Under the pieces are notes generated by a model. That model ran no database searches and had not been told where the DNA came from. It saw only the letters and a program-made list of their open reading frames with translations. A stretch of 51,223 nucleotides of DNA from a virus. Taxonomy: Duplodnaviria; Caudoviricetes. Below are positions 7,754 to 15,707 of this stretch, piece by piece (position 1 is the first letter of the stretch; each line of letters opens with the position of its first letter). The stretch is taken from the IMG/VR virus record IMGVR_UViG_3300021082_000492, positions 1-51,223 of that record; one strand, written 5' to 3'. A program made the translations under genes and the position numbers.

Positions 7754-8050
7754 TCACGCGACTCCTTCCACAAGCGCGCGCGTTTCGGCATTGTCCGAAT
7801 AATCCGCTGCGACTTCCTCCGGACTATTACCCCAAACAAACCAAACGGACCCCACGACGCTGGTGTCGGCCTTGCGAAAGCGAACTGTGTCCGAGTCGGT
7901 TGATTGCAGCGCATCCATAATCCGCTTGCGATCTTTGGAACCCTTCACAACCCACACCTCGCCATCGTTGACGCTGACAAAGTATCCCTTGGCCAAGGCG
8001 CGATCGATAATCCGCATTGCCGCGGTTTTCTCTTGTTTCAACGTGTTCAT
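7754..8050 (-). CDS. Hypothetical protein (98 aa)
   Basis: Start MNTLKQEK directly after the module RBS. Confidence 0.7.
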   Translation of the reverse strand: MNTLKQEKTAAMRIIDRALAKGYFVSVNDGEVWVVKGSKDRKRIMDALQSTDSDTVRFRKADTSVVGSVWFVWGNSPEEVAADYSDNAETRALVEGVA

Positions 8051-8141
8051 GTTTCCGTCTCCTGGTGTTGCGAGCGGCTTCAACCGCCCTTCTGAACATT
8101 AGTCGTCAATACGTATGCCTAGGTTCAAAAGGAAATGCAAG
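8051..8141 (-). promoter_or_regulatory. First module of the array in transcription order (no terminator)
   Basis: TTGCAT-17-CATACG, hairpin and RBS; divergent from terS. Confidence 0.85.
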
Positions 8142-8309
8142 AAAATTCGACACTGGGAATCCAATAAAATAGACTAGGCAAACCAGAGCTAAAGGGCCGG
8201 AACCGAGCCCGGTTCAGGGCAAGGGCCCGGAAAACTAGGGCTTAAACGGTACCACGGTACCAAATGACGGGCCGAATTGCCCGAACAAACCAAAATTAGC
8301 AGGCTAATA

Positions 8310-8870
8310 ATGCCAAAAGGCGGAAGGCGCGCGGGGTCCGGGCGCCCCAAGGGCGCCGGTAAAGGCCATCGGGTCGTGGTCGAGAATCCCGACGGGCTAA
8401 TGCCTATCGAATGGATGCTAGCGGTTATGCGCGACCCGCTAACCGAGCCGTTACGCCGCGACCGTATGGCGGAAATTGCGGCGCCCTATCTGCACTCGAG
8501 ACTCGCCGCGGTGTCGGTTAGCGGCGAGGTGAAAGGAAGCACAACAAACACCACGAATAACACGGTTAACATCTTTGCGGTGCCGCGCGGCGCCGCGCTC
8601 AATTTGAAAGATGGAACGGTCGAAGTCGAAGGCATTGCGACCACGGACCTAGCAGCGCTTGAACCGTTCGAAGGTACGCCAGCGCTCGCGGATCAGAGCA
8701 ACACGAATCAGGGCACGCAACCGCCCAAGGGTCCCTTGCCCGTTCATGGTGTCGACACTAGCAACGTTACACGACTCAAGCGACCGGGCGAGCCCGGCGC
8801 CATGGTGCAACGAGTCTTTGATGCGCTCGACCGGCGCGACACCAGCGACACCAGCGACTCGAGCGCGTGA
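8310..8870 (+). CDS. terS: Putative terminase small subunit
   Basis: GGRRAGSGRPKG N-terminus and P.EWML..MRD...RD.MA..AAPYLH.RL pattern; upstream of TerL. Confidence 0.6.
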   Translation: MPKGGRRAGSGRPKGAGKGHRVVVENPDGLMPIEWMLAVMRDPLTEPLRRDRMAEIAAPYLHSRLAAVSVSGEVKGSTTNTTNNTVNIFAVPRGAALNLKDGTVEVEGIATTDLAALEPFEGTPALADQSNTNQGTQPPKGPLPVHGVDTSNVTRLKRPGEPGAMVQRVFDALDRRDTSDTSDSSA

Positions 8871-9214
8871 CATATGGGCGCCAATATGGGCAGGAAGACT
8901 CGAGCGCCTAATAGCGTAATGATATCAATGGGGCGACGCGGATAGCCTATCCGCACCGCGGCGCCGCTCGACCGGGCGCCGGTCGCGCTACGCGGGACAC
9001 TAGCAGGGACACCAGCGCGGAAAGCCTAACAATAACAACACCTATAATTGCCTCAATAGAGCTATTGGGCCGATCGTACAACCGGAGCGATATAAAAAAC
9101 CCGTTAGCTAATCTGCGGTTGTATCATTGGCGGCACGCCCTCTCTATGGTTTTCAAGCCTTAGATTTTTCACGAGATTTTTTAATTTTTTTTTTTTCCGC
9201 TAGGAATAAAATCA

Positions 9215-9496
9215 ATGCGCCTGCCGATACCCGACGACTGCGGCCGTGTGGCCCGCGAGCTGATCGCGCACGGCTTAGACCCGAACGAGCATATCGAGTT
9301 CGTACGCAATGACGTCGTTTGCGTACACGGCACCGCCCGCGCCTTCGCCACCCGCACCGTGGTCGAGACCCCGAATGGTCCTCGCCACGCGCCCTACCGG
9401 CCCTTCGATCGCACGGCAATGGTGCGCCTGGGCCTGGCGGTGGACCCGCCGGTGCGTCCAAAGCGCCGGCCGGCAAGATTGATCGTCCAAGAGTAG
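9215..9496 (+). CDS. Hypothetical protein
   Basis: ORF with an AGGA RBS. Confidence 0.5.
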   Translation: MRLPIPDDCGRVARELIAHGLDPNEHIEFVRNDVVCVHGTARAFATRTVVETPNGPRHAPYRPFDRTAMVRLGLAVDPPVRPKRRPARLIVQE

Positions 9497-9535
9497 AAAC
9501 GCGCGTACGGGCTTCCCGTCGCCTCCAGGAACGCA

Positions 9536-9754
9536 ATGCCTTCAAACGCGGAGAAGCGGGCTCTGATCTCGACCGCACTGAACGAGGCCTTGGCCACGCG
9601 GGTGATCCGGCTGTTCGAGGCGCTCGCCACCTCCGACGATCTCACGGCCGCGTTACCGCAATTTGCCCTGGGCATGGAACAAGCCATGGAAGCCTACGAG
9701 GCGGTTAACGACCCAAACGCCCCGTGGTGTGGCGGCCGCCGGCTGAACGTGTAA
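9536..9754 (+). CDS. Hypothetical protein
   Basis: AGGA RBS; TAATG overlap with the next gene. Confidence 0.55.
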   Translation: MPSNAEKRALISTALNEALATRVIRLFEALATSDDLTAALPQFALGMEQAMEAYEAVNDPNAPWCGGRRLNV

Positions 9755-10065
9755 TGCGGTTCCGGCCGGCGGACGACCCACGCAACACCGTCGATGACAT
9801 TCCTGGGGTCACGACCGACAAGACTGAGCCCGGGACGCCGGTGGAATGGGAGGATAATCCTCTCTCCAACACCTTCGCCTGGGCAAGCTACCGGTTGGTC
9901 CCGGACTGGTGCCAGACCCCGGAGCATTTCACTTCGCGCTTCACGCAGTACCTGTTCACCGACTGTCCCTGCTGCCTGTTTTGGCGCGGATTGACCTTTG
10001 GTTATGTGGTCGGCGGTACCGTCGGAGTGATCGTCACAACGGTGGCTATGGTGGTGATTTTCTAA
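9754..10065 (+). CDS. Membrane-anchored Cys-motif protein
   Basis: DCPCC motif and C-terminal hydrophobic helix; TAATG-coupled on both sides. Confidence 0.6.
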   Translation: MRFRPADDPRNTVDDIPGVTTDKTEPGTPVEWEDNPLSNTFAWASYRLVPDWCQTPEHFTSRFTQYLFTDCPCCLFWRGLTFGYVVGGTVGVIVTTVAMVVIF

Positions 10066-11285
10066 TGGTCGCACTGGTGATGGGAGAGAACTTCACCCGC
10101 ACGCTGTTCGCCAAGAACGTGCGGCACAAGGCCATGTACGGCGGCCGCGGCTCCGGCAAGACCTGGTCGATCGGCTCGTACCTGGTCTACACCGCCAACA
10201 CCGAAAGGAAGCGCATCATCTGCGCTCGCCAGTTTCAGAACTCGATCCGGGACAGCTCCAAGGATCTGATCGAGCGCCGCATTCGCGACTTCGAGCTGGA
10301 CCGGGAGTTCAGCGTCACCGATCGGGCCATCACCCATCGCAAAACCGGATCGGAGTTTCTGTTCATCGGGCTCGAGAGAAATATTGAATCCATCAGATCC
10401 CTTGAGGGCGCCGATATCGTCTGGATCGACGAGGCCCGCACCATCTCCAACCGCTCGATGGAAATTCTACTGCCCACCGTGCGCGCGCCGGGCTCGCAGC
10501 TGATCTGGTCCTGGAATCCTGAGGATCCTTTGGACCCGGTCGACGCCTACTTCCGCGCCGGCAAGCCGCCGCCCAACTCGGTGATCACGTTCGTCGATTA
10601 TCACGACAATCCGTACTTCAAGCACACGACATTGCCGCACGAAATGGAGGTTCTAAAACGCGGAAATTTCAACAGATATCGCCACGTTTGGCTGGGAGAA
10701 TACGATCTTTCGTACGATTCCAAGGTATTTTCCAATATTCGCGTCGGACGCATCGACGTGCCCTACGCGGTCCCGCCGCTCTACGGCATGGACTTCGGTT
10801 TCGGCAAGGACCCGAGCTTCGTGGTCAAGTGCTATCACCTGGAGAAGACCAAACAGATTTTCATCGCCGCGGAAGCGACCGGGCGGGTCGCGCTCGATAT
10901 GCTGCCGGCGATGTTGCGCACCGTGATCGCCGACGATGGCGACCTGGTGAAGGCCGACGCCTCGCAGCCCGGCACCATCGAGTTTCTGCAGGCACGCGGC
11001 TTCAATATCCACGCCGCCCAGAAAGGGCCAGGCTCGGTCAAATCAGGAATCAACTTTCTGCAGGGCTACGAGATCATCATCGACCCGAATTGCGAGGCGA
11101 TGCGCGAGGAAGCCCGCCTTTACAGTTGGATGACCGACAAGCTCACTGGGCGGGTCCTCTCCGCCCCAGTCGACGCCTACAATCACGGTTGGGATGCCGT
11201 GCGTTACGCCACTGAATCCGCCCAGGTCGAGAGCGCCATGGAGGGCGATAACAGCGGCGGCGTGCTCTCGCTGAAGATTTGGTGA
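10065..11285 (+). CDS. terL: Terminase large subunit, PBSX family
   Basis: Walker A GGRGSGKT, Walker B WIDEA, SWNP, GMDFG and NHGWDAVRYA nuclease motifs. Confidence 0.95.
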   Translation: MVALVMGENFTRTLFAKNVRHKAMYGGRGSGKTWSIGSYLVYTANTERKRIICARQFQNSIRDSSKDLIERRIRDFELDREFSVTDRAITHRKTGSEFLFIGLERNIESIRSLEGADIVWIDEARTISNRSMEILLPTVRAPGSQLIWSWNPEDPLDPVDAYFRAGKPPPNSVITFVDYHDNPYFKHTTLPHEMEVLKRGNFNRYRHVWLGEYDLSYDSKVFSNIRVGRIDVPYAVPPLYGMDFGFGKDPSFVVKCYHLEKTKQIFIAAEATGRVALDMLPAMLRTVIADDGDLVKADASQPGTIEFLQARGFNIHAAQKGPGSVKSGINFLQGYEIIIDPNCEAMREEARLYSWMTDKLTGRVLSAPVDAYNHGWDAVRYATESAQVESAMEGDNSGGVLSLKIW

Positions 11286-11532
11286 ATGCGCGCGTCGACG
11301 ACCTTGAACGTGGGATACCATCCTCGCGAGAGAACCGCAGGTCGCCTTTCGTGCTCCGAGCCGCGCGCTACCCGAAGGAAAATGCCCTCGCGAGGTAGTT
11401 AATTAATTAATGTTCGATCACCGCTTAGCAGGCCGTAACTTCTACACCAGCCGGCGCCACTGGGCGGGGATATCAGCACGGGAGTGGCCGAGCCGGTACC
11501 GCGCCCCAGACGGCCATGCGGGCGACTTCAGG

Positions 11533-11841
11533 TCACCATCGCCGCCACCTTCGGTAGCCGCGGTAGTAGGGATAGTAGTAGCTGCGCCATCCGCACAGGC
11601 CTTGGATGAAGCCAATGATGCAGATGCCGAGCATCGGCCACCGGAGGCTGAGAACGACTAGGGAGAAGACGGTTGTCCCCGCGATGATCCAGGCCATCCC
11701 TTCGCCAAAGCTGGCTTGGCCGCGCGGTGCGGTGAGAATGAAAAGCACGACGACAGCCATCCAGACCAAGGAGAACATCTCGGATTTTGAAAGCGGCCGC
11801 CGGCTCCACGCATTTCTATAAGCTCTGAAGAATTGGCGCAC
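11533..11841 (-). CDS. Small multi-TM membrane protein
   Basis: Three hydrophobic segments and a Tyr/Arg/Trp-rich tail. Confidence 0.55.
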   Translation of the reverse strand: MRQFFRAYRNAWSRRPLSKSEMFSLVWMAVVVLFILTAPRGQASFGEGMAWIIAGTTVFSLVVLSLRWPMLGICIIGFIQGLCGWRSYYYPYYRGYRRWRRW

Positions 11842-11843
11842 GG

Positions 11844-12086
11844 TCAGTCCTCCTCGCGCCGGCGGCCGGCTTCGATCTGCGGCGCGTACATCTGCAGGGT
11901 TTCCATCAGCGCATCGAGATGTTCGATCTTGCGGATGGTCATCGAGATGTGCAGCTCGGTCGGATTGCTGCTGAAGGCGATATACGAGTCGCGTGGCAGC
12001 CGCGGTTGGCGCCTAGAAGGAACGTCGACTTGATCACGGACCTGTGTGGTTGGAACGGACGTACGGAAAGGGCCAAGCATTTTCAT
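11844..12086 (-). CDS. Hypothetical protein (80 aa)
   Basis: CCAGGAGA RBS and a degenerate module upstream. Confidence 0.6.
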   Translation of the reverse strand: MKMLGPFRTSVPTTQVRDQVDVPSRRQPRLPRDSYIAFSSNPTELHISMTIRKIEHLDALMETLQMYAPQIEAGRRREED

Positions 12087-12092
12087 CGTTGT

Positions 12093-12160
12093 TCTCCTGG
12101 TTATGGCTGCTTCATCAGCCGGTATGATTAGTTGATATACGGGTTCAAAGAGAATTGCAA
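12093..12160 (-). promoter_or_regulatory. Degenerate orphan copy of the early module
   Basis: TTGCAA..TTTGAACC..TATATC promoter-like; GGCTG-ATGAAG-CAGCC hairpin; CCAGGAGA. Confidence 0.6.
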
Positions 12161-12192
12161 CTGTTATTTTTTCGTTTATTTGCTAGTGCTGT

Positions 12193-12414
12193 ATGGAGGC
12201 CGCCATGAACAAACGGTGGACGGCAGAAGAGCTGGCTTACCAGGCCAAGATTGACGAGGTGGTCGAGGACGAGCGCTTTCGCTATGAGCGTCAGATTCGC
12301 CGGCCGTTGACCGCCGCCGACAGCTTTCGCTTCGACATGTGGGTGGCCAACTATGAGGAGGGTGCCTGGCGACAGTTTTACGGGCCGCCCAAGTCGGTAG
12401 GAGCAAGGTCATGA
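12193..12414 (+). CDS. Hypothetical protein
   Basis: ORF; GGAGG precedes the second Met, which may be the true start. Confidence 0.5.
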   Translation: MEAAMNKRWTAEELAYQAKIDEVVEDERFRYERQIRRPLTAADSFRFDMWVANYEEGAWRQFYGPPKSVGARS

Positions 12415-12584
12415 CCCAGGCGCAATTCGACAGCTTGCCGTATCCGGTGCAGCTGCGCTGGAAGAACGAGGTCGACGGGCTGCGACGGCCGTCACCGGAT
12501 CTAATCGAGATCACCAATTGGTGTCTGTCGGGTGCCCAGCGGCCGGAGCCGCCGCCCGGCTTCTCGCATTTCTACATGCAATGA
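12411..12584 (+). CDS. Hypothetical protein (57 aa), absent from the ORF track
   Basis: MTQAQFDSLPYPVQLRWKNEV...; AGGAG RBS; ATGA overlaps at both ends. Confidence 0.5.
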   Translation: MTQAQFDSLPYPVQLRWKNEVDGLRRPSPDLIEITNWCLSGAQRPEPPPGFSHFYMQ

Positions 12585-12734
12585 GACGCGATCGCTGTGA
12601 CCATGGGTTCAGCGAGCCCGCCCTATGTCCAGTCTGCCTCCACTTTGATAAAATCGCGCAAGCGGAAGCGGCGGCGCAAGAGCGTGCAGCGGTGGCGCCG
12701 CCGGCAGCAGCAGAACCGAGTGAAGGGCTAGACG

Positions 12735-12917
12735 ATGTGGTGGCAGGGCTGGGGCACGCCTAAGCAAGTCCGTGAGCGGCTGATGCTGACGTGTCCGTGT
12801 TGCAAGGGTAAACGTCACGTCAACCGAATTCACCACGATGATGCGACCAGCCGAACCGTGTTGACGCATGTGCGTTGTTCGCAATGTGATGGGACCGGGG
12901 AGATCGAGGAGCTTTAG
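12735..12917 (+). CDS. Small DnaJ-type Zn-finger protein
   Basis: CPCCKGK...CSQCDGTG. Confidence 0.55.
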   Translation: MWWQGWGTPKQVRERLMLTCPCCKGKRHVNRIHHDDATSRTVLTHVRCSQCDGTGEIEEL

Positions 12918-12919
12918 CC

Positions 12920-13123
12920 ATGGCTAAGCTGTCCGCGCGCTCTCGCAACAAGCTGTCGAGCAAGTCGTTCGCCCTGTCTGGGCGTCGCTACCCGATCCAT
13001 GACCGGTCGCACGCCGCTAATGCTCTCGCGCGCTGCAGCAAACACTGCTCGCCGTCGCAGAAGGCGACGGTTCGCGGAAAGGTATGTGCTCGGTATCCTT
13101 CTCTTCCGAGCTGTAAGAAATAG
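12920..13123 (+). CDS. Small basic protein, DUF6582-like
   Basis: L...R.KL....FAL..RRYPIHD.SHA.NALAR pattern; GAGGAG RBS. Confidence 0.6.
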   Translation: MAKLSARSRNKLSSKSFALSGRRYPIHDRSHAANALARCSKHCSPSQKATVRGKVCARYPSLPSCKK

Positions 13124-13132
13124 GAGTGCACT

Positions 13133-13336
13133 GTGGGTTGTGGCTGTGGCGGCGGTAAATCGTTTTCTGGGCGCTCAGTATCGCGCGGCAGTTCGAGTCG
13201 TTCGATGGGAGCGCCGGTGAGCTTCAAGCCGGCGCCAGGCGCGCCGATGTCGCATGCGCCGCAGACGGCGCCACAGCACATCGTGCAATCGGCATCGTTG
13301 GCACAGCGTCGCGCGCAAACACGGCGAACGGTTTGA
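13133..13336 (+). CDS. Small GCGC-motif protein
   Basis: AGGAG RBS; starts MGCGCGGGK. Confidence 0.55.
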   Translation: MGCGCGGGKSFSGRSVSRGSSSRSMGAPVSFKPAPGAPMSHAPQTAPQHIVQSASLAQRRAQTRRTV

Positions 13337-13531
13337 CGTTCGCGCAGATTACCGACCAGATGTGCGGCACCTAATCGAGTTGCGGAACCTGCCCATCACG
13401 CGATCCCTCGATCTCGCGGCGACAGTGGGGGCGACCAGGGAAAGCAAGAGGGCACGGCCTAGGACCCCAGTCGCAGGGTAGGCACGGCCCTCATCCCGTT
13501 CATAGCTCTGACCGATGGACAAGCGGCCCCC

Positions 13532-14860
13532 ATGGCGCTGCGCGATCTCCTATTCACCAAGAAAAAGCCTGACCGCCCGGTCTCGGATGAGCCCGAGAGC
13601 CCCATCTTTGTGATGGCCGGGCGCTCGGTTCGCTTGTTGCCGCCGGCCGCGGCGATGACAGCGGAAATCGCACAACGCAAAAGCCCGCAGCTCTACCGCA
13701 TCACCAACTACGTCGCTTCGGCAGTGCAATCGGTGCCGTGGTTCTGTGAAAAGGACCCTGACGTCGTCGCCATGGAGCAGGCTGGTCCCGCCAAGATCAA
13801 GGCGATCAACGATCTGCTGAAGTACCCCAACGACACGTTCAACGCCAAGCAGTTGCAGTATTGGATCGCGATGAATCTGATGCTCTACGCCAGAGCGCAT
13901 TTTAAGGTTGGCGTGTCCTCGTCCGGTATCCCTAACGGGATCTATACACTCGACGCCAAGCAAATGAGCGCCGTGCTCAATTCGCGTGGCACCGTCGATT
14001 ACTACGAATATGGCAACGGGTTATCCAAGCAGAAATTGCTTACGCGCCGGGGTTCGGAGCTGAAAGGTGGTCTGGACGCCTACGGCGCCGAAATCAGCTT
14101 TCCCTCCCTCACCGGTCAGGTCGACTACAAGAGCAGTCCCGCGGCGATTGAGTGTATCGCCCAGCCGATTGCCATCATCCACGCGCTGATGCAGCGCGCG
14201 CTCGACACCGCCTCTGGTCATCCCAACGTCAAATACGTGATCTCGGCCGAGAAGACGCTGAACAAGAAACAGCAAGAGGCGCTGGAAAAGCATATGGCCG
14301 CGTCGGCGCCAGGCGAGGATGAATCGGGACAAGTGCTGTTTTTGTTCAACACGACTATCAAAGTGGACAAACTCGACAACCAGCTCGCCGACATCCATTC
14401 CAAGATTCCACTTGATGACATGACACGGCAGATTGCCGGCGTGTTTGGCGTACCGGTGCCGCTCCTTAGCCTGGGCTCGGCCGATGCTGCCAAGTACGCC
14501 GGCAACTACGTCGAGGCGCGGTTGGCGTTCTGGCAGGACACCATCCTGCCCTGCTACCTGGCGCCGATCGCCGCCGGCATGACGCAGGCGATCTGTCCGC
14601 CGGGCGCGCGCATCAGCTTCGATCTCGACGCCATCCCCGCGCTCTGGAAGGGCCGCGCCGAACTCGGCGAAACCCTGAGCAAGGTCACCTTCCTGACTGT
14701 GACCGAGAAGCGCGGAGTTCTCGACTTCGAGCCAACAACTGAAGAGCTGGACACGGCAAAACCGCCAGTACCCGCGCCAGCGCCGGCGCTGCCACCAGCG
14801 AGACCAACGAAGTCGGATGACGAGGATACCAAGGTGATTGACTTTCAAGGGAGGTCGTGA
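13532..14860 (+). CDS. Portal protein (HK97-like)
   Basis: IAGVFGVPVPLL motif, LT..EKR C-terminal motif, size and position. Confidence 0.9.
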   Translation: MALRDLLFTKKKPDRPVSDEPESPIFVMAGRSVRLLPPAAAMTAEIAQRKSPQLYRITNYVASAVQSVPWFCEKDPDVVAMEQAGPAKIKAINDLLKYPNDTFNAKQLQYWIAMNLMLYARAHFKVGVSSSGIPNGIYTLDAKQMSAVLNSRGTVDYYEYGNGLSKQKLLTRRGSELKGGLDAYGAEISFPSLTGQVDYKSSPAAIECIAQPIAIIHALMQRALDTASGHPNVKYVISAEKTLNKKQQEALEKHMAASAPGEDESGQVLFLFNTTIKVDKLDNQLADIHSKIPLDDMTRQIAGVFGVPVPLLSLGSADAAKYAGNYVEARLAFWQDTILPCYLAPIAAGMTQAICPPGARISFDLDAIPALWKGRAELGETLSKVTFLTVTEKRGVLDFEPTTEELDTAKPPVPAPAPALPPARPTKSDDEDTKVIDFQGRS

Positions 14861-15678
14861 TGGCCCGCAAGGATTGGAAAGCTGGCGACGTCCTCCAGCA
14901 CGATATGAATTTTGAAACTCGGGTTGTTGCCGAGAAGCCTGACGGCTTCATCTCCGGCGTTGCCTCGTCACCGAAGGTCGACTGCTACGGTCACTGCGTC
15001 GTGCCGGGTGCATTCGATGCCGCTATCCGCAAGCGCGGCTTTAACGGCGGCACGGGTGGCATCCTTCTGCTCGCGCATCACGATGAGAAGCAGCCGATGG
15101 GCGTCATTCGCAGATTGGAGACGGTCGGCCAAAACCTGCAAATCGAGGCCGAACTTGCGATCAAGTCATCGCGCGTGCGCGATCTTTACGAGGAGACCAA
15201 GGTTGCCGGTGGTCTGAGTTTCTCAGTTGGCTTTCGACTCGAGGACTTTGAATTCACTGAGCAGAAGAATGCCGATGGCGAGGCCGAAGAAGTCTTCCTG
15301 ATCAAACAGGGTGATTTACGCGAGGTCAGCATCGTGGCTTTTCCAGCCTGCGACGACGCCCGCATGCACGTCGTTAAGCAAGAGAATTCCGACGAGAACG
15401 TGAAGGCCTGGCTGATCGAAATGCAACAGGCACTCACCTCTCTGAAGGACGCAGATACTGTGGTCGAACTCGAACGAGCCCTTGCGGCCAAAGGGTTCGC
15501 CCACAGCAGGAACGAGGCGCACAAGTTCTTCGCTCTGATGAAGAGTTGCGCGCACTTGCTCCAAGACAAACCCGCCCATGCTGGTGGCGATGTCAAAGTC
15601 CCGCCGCATCCCTTGTTGGATGCTTCCATGTTGAAGCCGGTGCACGACCGGATCGCACAGGTCCTGTCACAACTCTAG
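14860..15678 (+). CDS. Prohead protease (HK97 family)
   Basis: VVPGAF, LLAHHD...MG, SFSVGF and LREVSIVAFPA motifs. Confidence 0.9.
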   Translation: MARKDWKAGDVLQHDMNFETRVVAEKPDGFISGVASSPKVDCYGHCVVPGAFDAAIRKRGFNGGTGGILLLAHHDEKQPMGVIRRLETVGQNLQIEAELAIKSSRVRDLYEETKVAGGLSFSVGFRLEDFEFTEQKNADGEAEEVFLIKQGDLREVSIVAFPACDDARMHVVKQENSDENVKAWLIEMQQALTSLKDADTVVELERALAAKGFAHSRNEAHKFFALMKSCAHLLQDKPAHAGGDVKVPPHPLLDASMLKPVHDRIAQVLSQL

Positions 15679-15707
15679 CCGGCACATCCTCAAGGATTAT
15701 TCCCATC

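Noticed and set aside
6466-8083. Shared N-terminal peptide MKPLATPGDGN in the ORF track
   Set aside because: It is translation of the repeated leader from a TTG; the SD lies just before the downstream ATG
5066-8141. Integron attC cassettes or a CRISPR-like array
   Set aside because: No RYYYAAC/GTTRRRY-bounded palindromes and no integrase in the window; repeats parse as terminator-promoter-RBS and the intervals are whole genes
11290-11410. Possible ncRNA after terL (CCTCGCGAG inverted repeat)
   Set aside because: Pairing relies on a short palindromic GC word and no recognisable RNA family is visible
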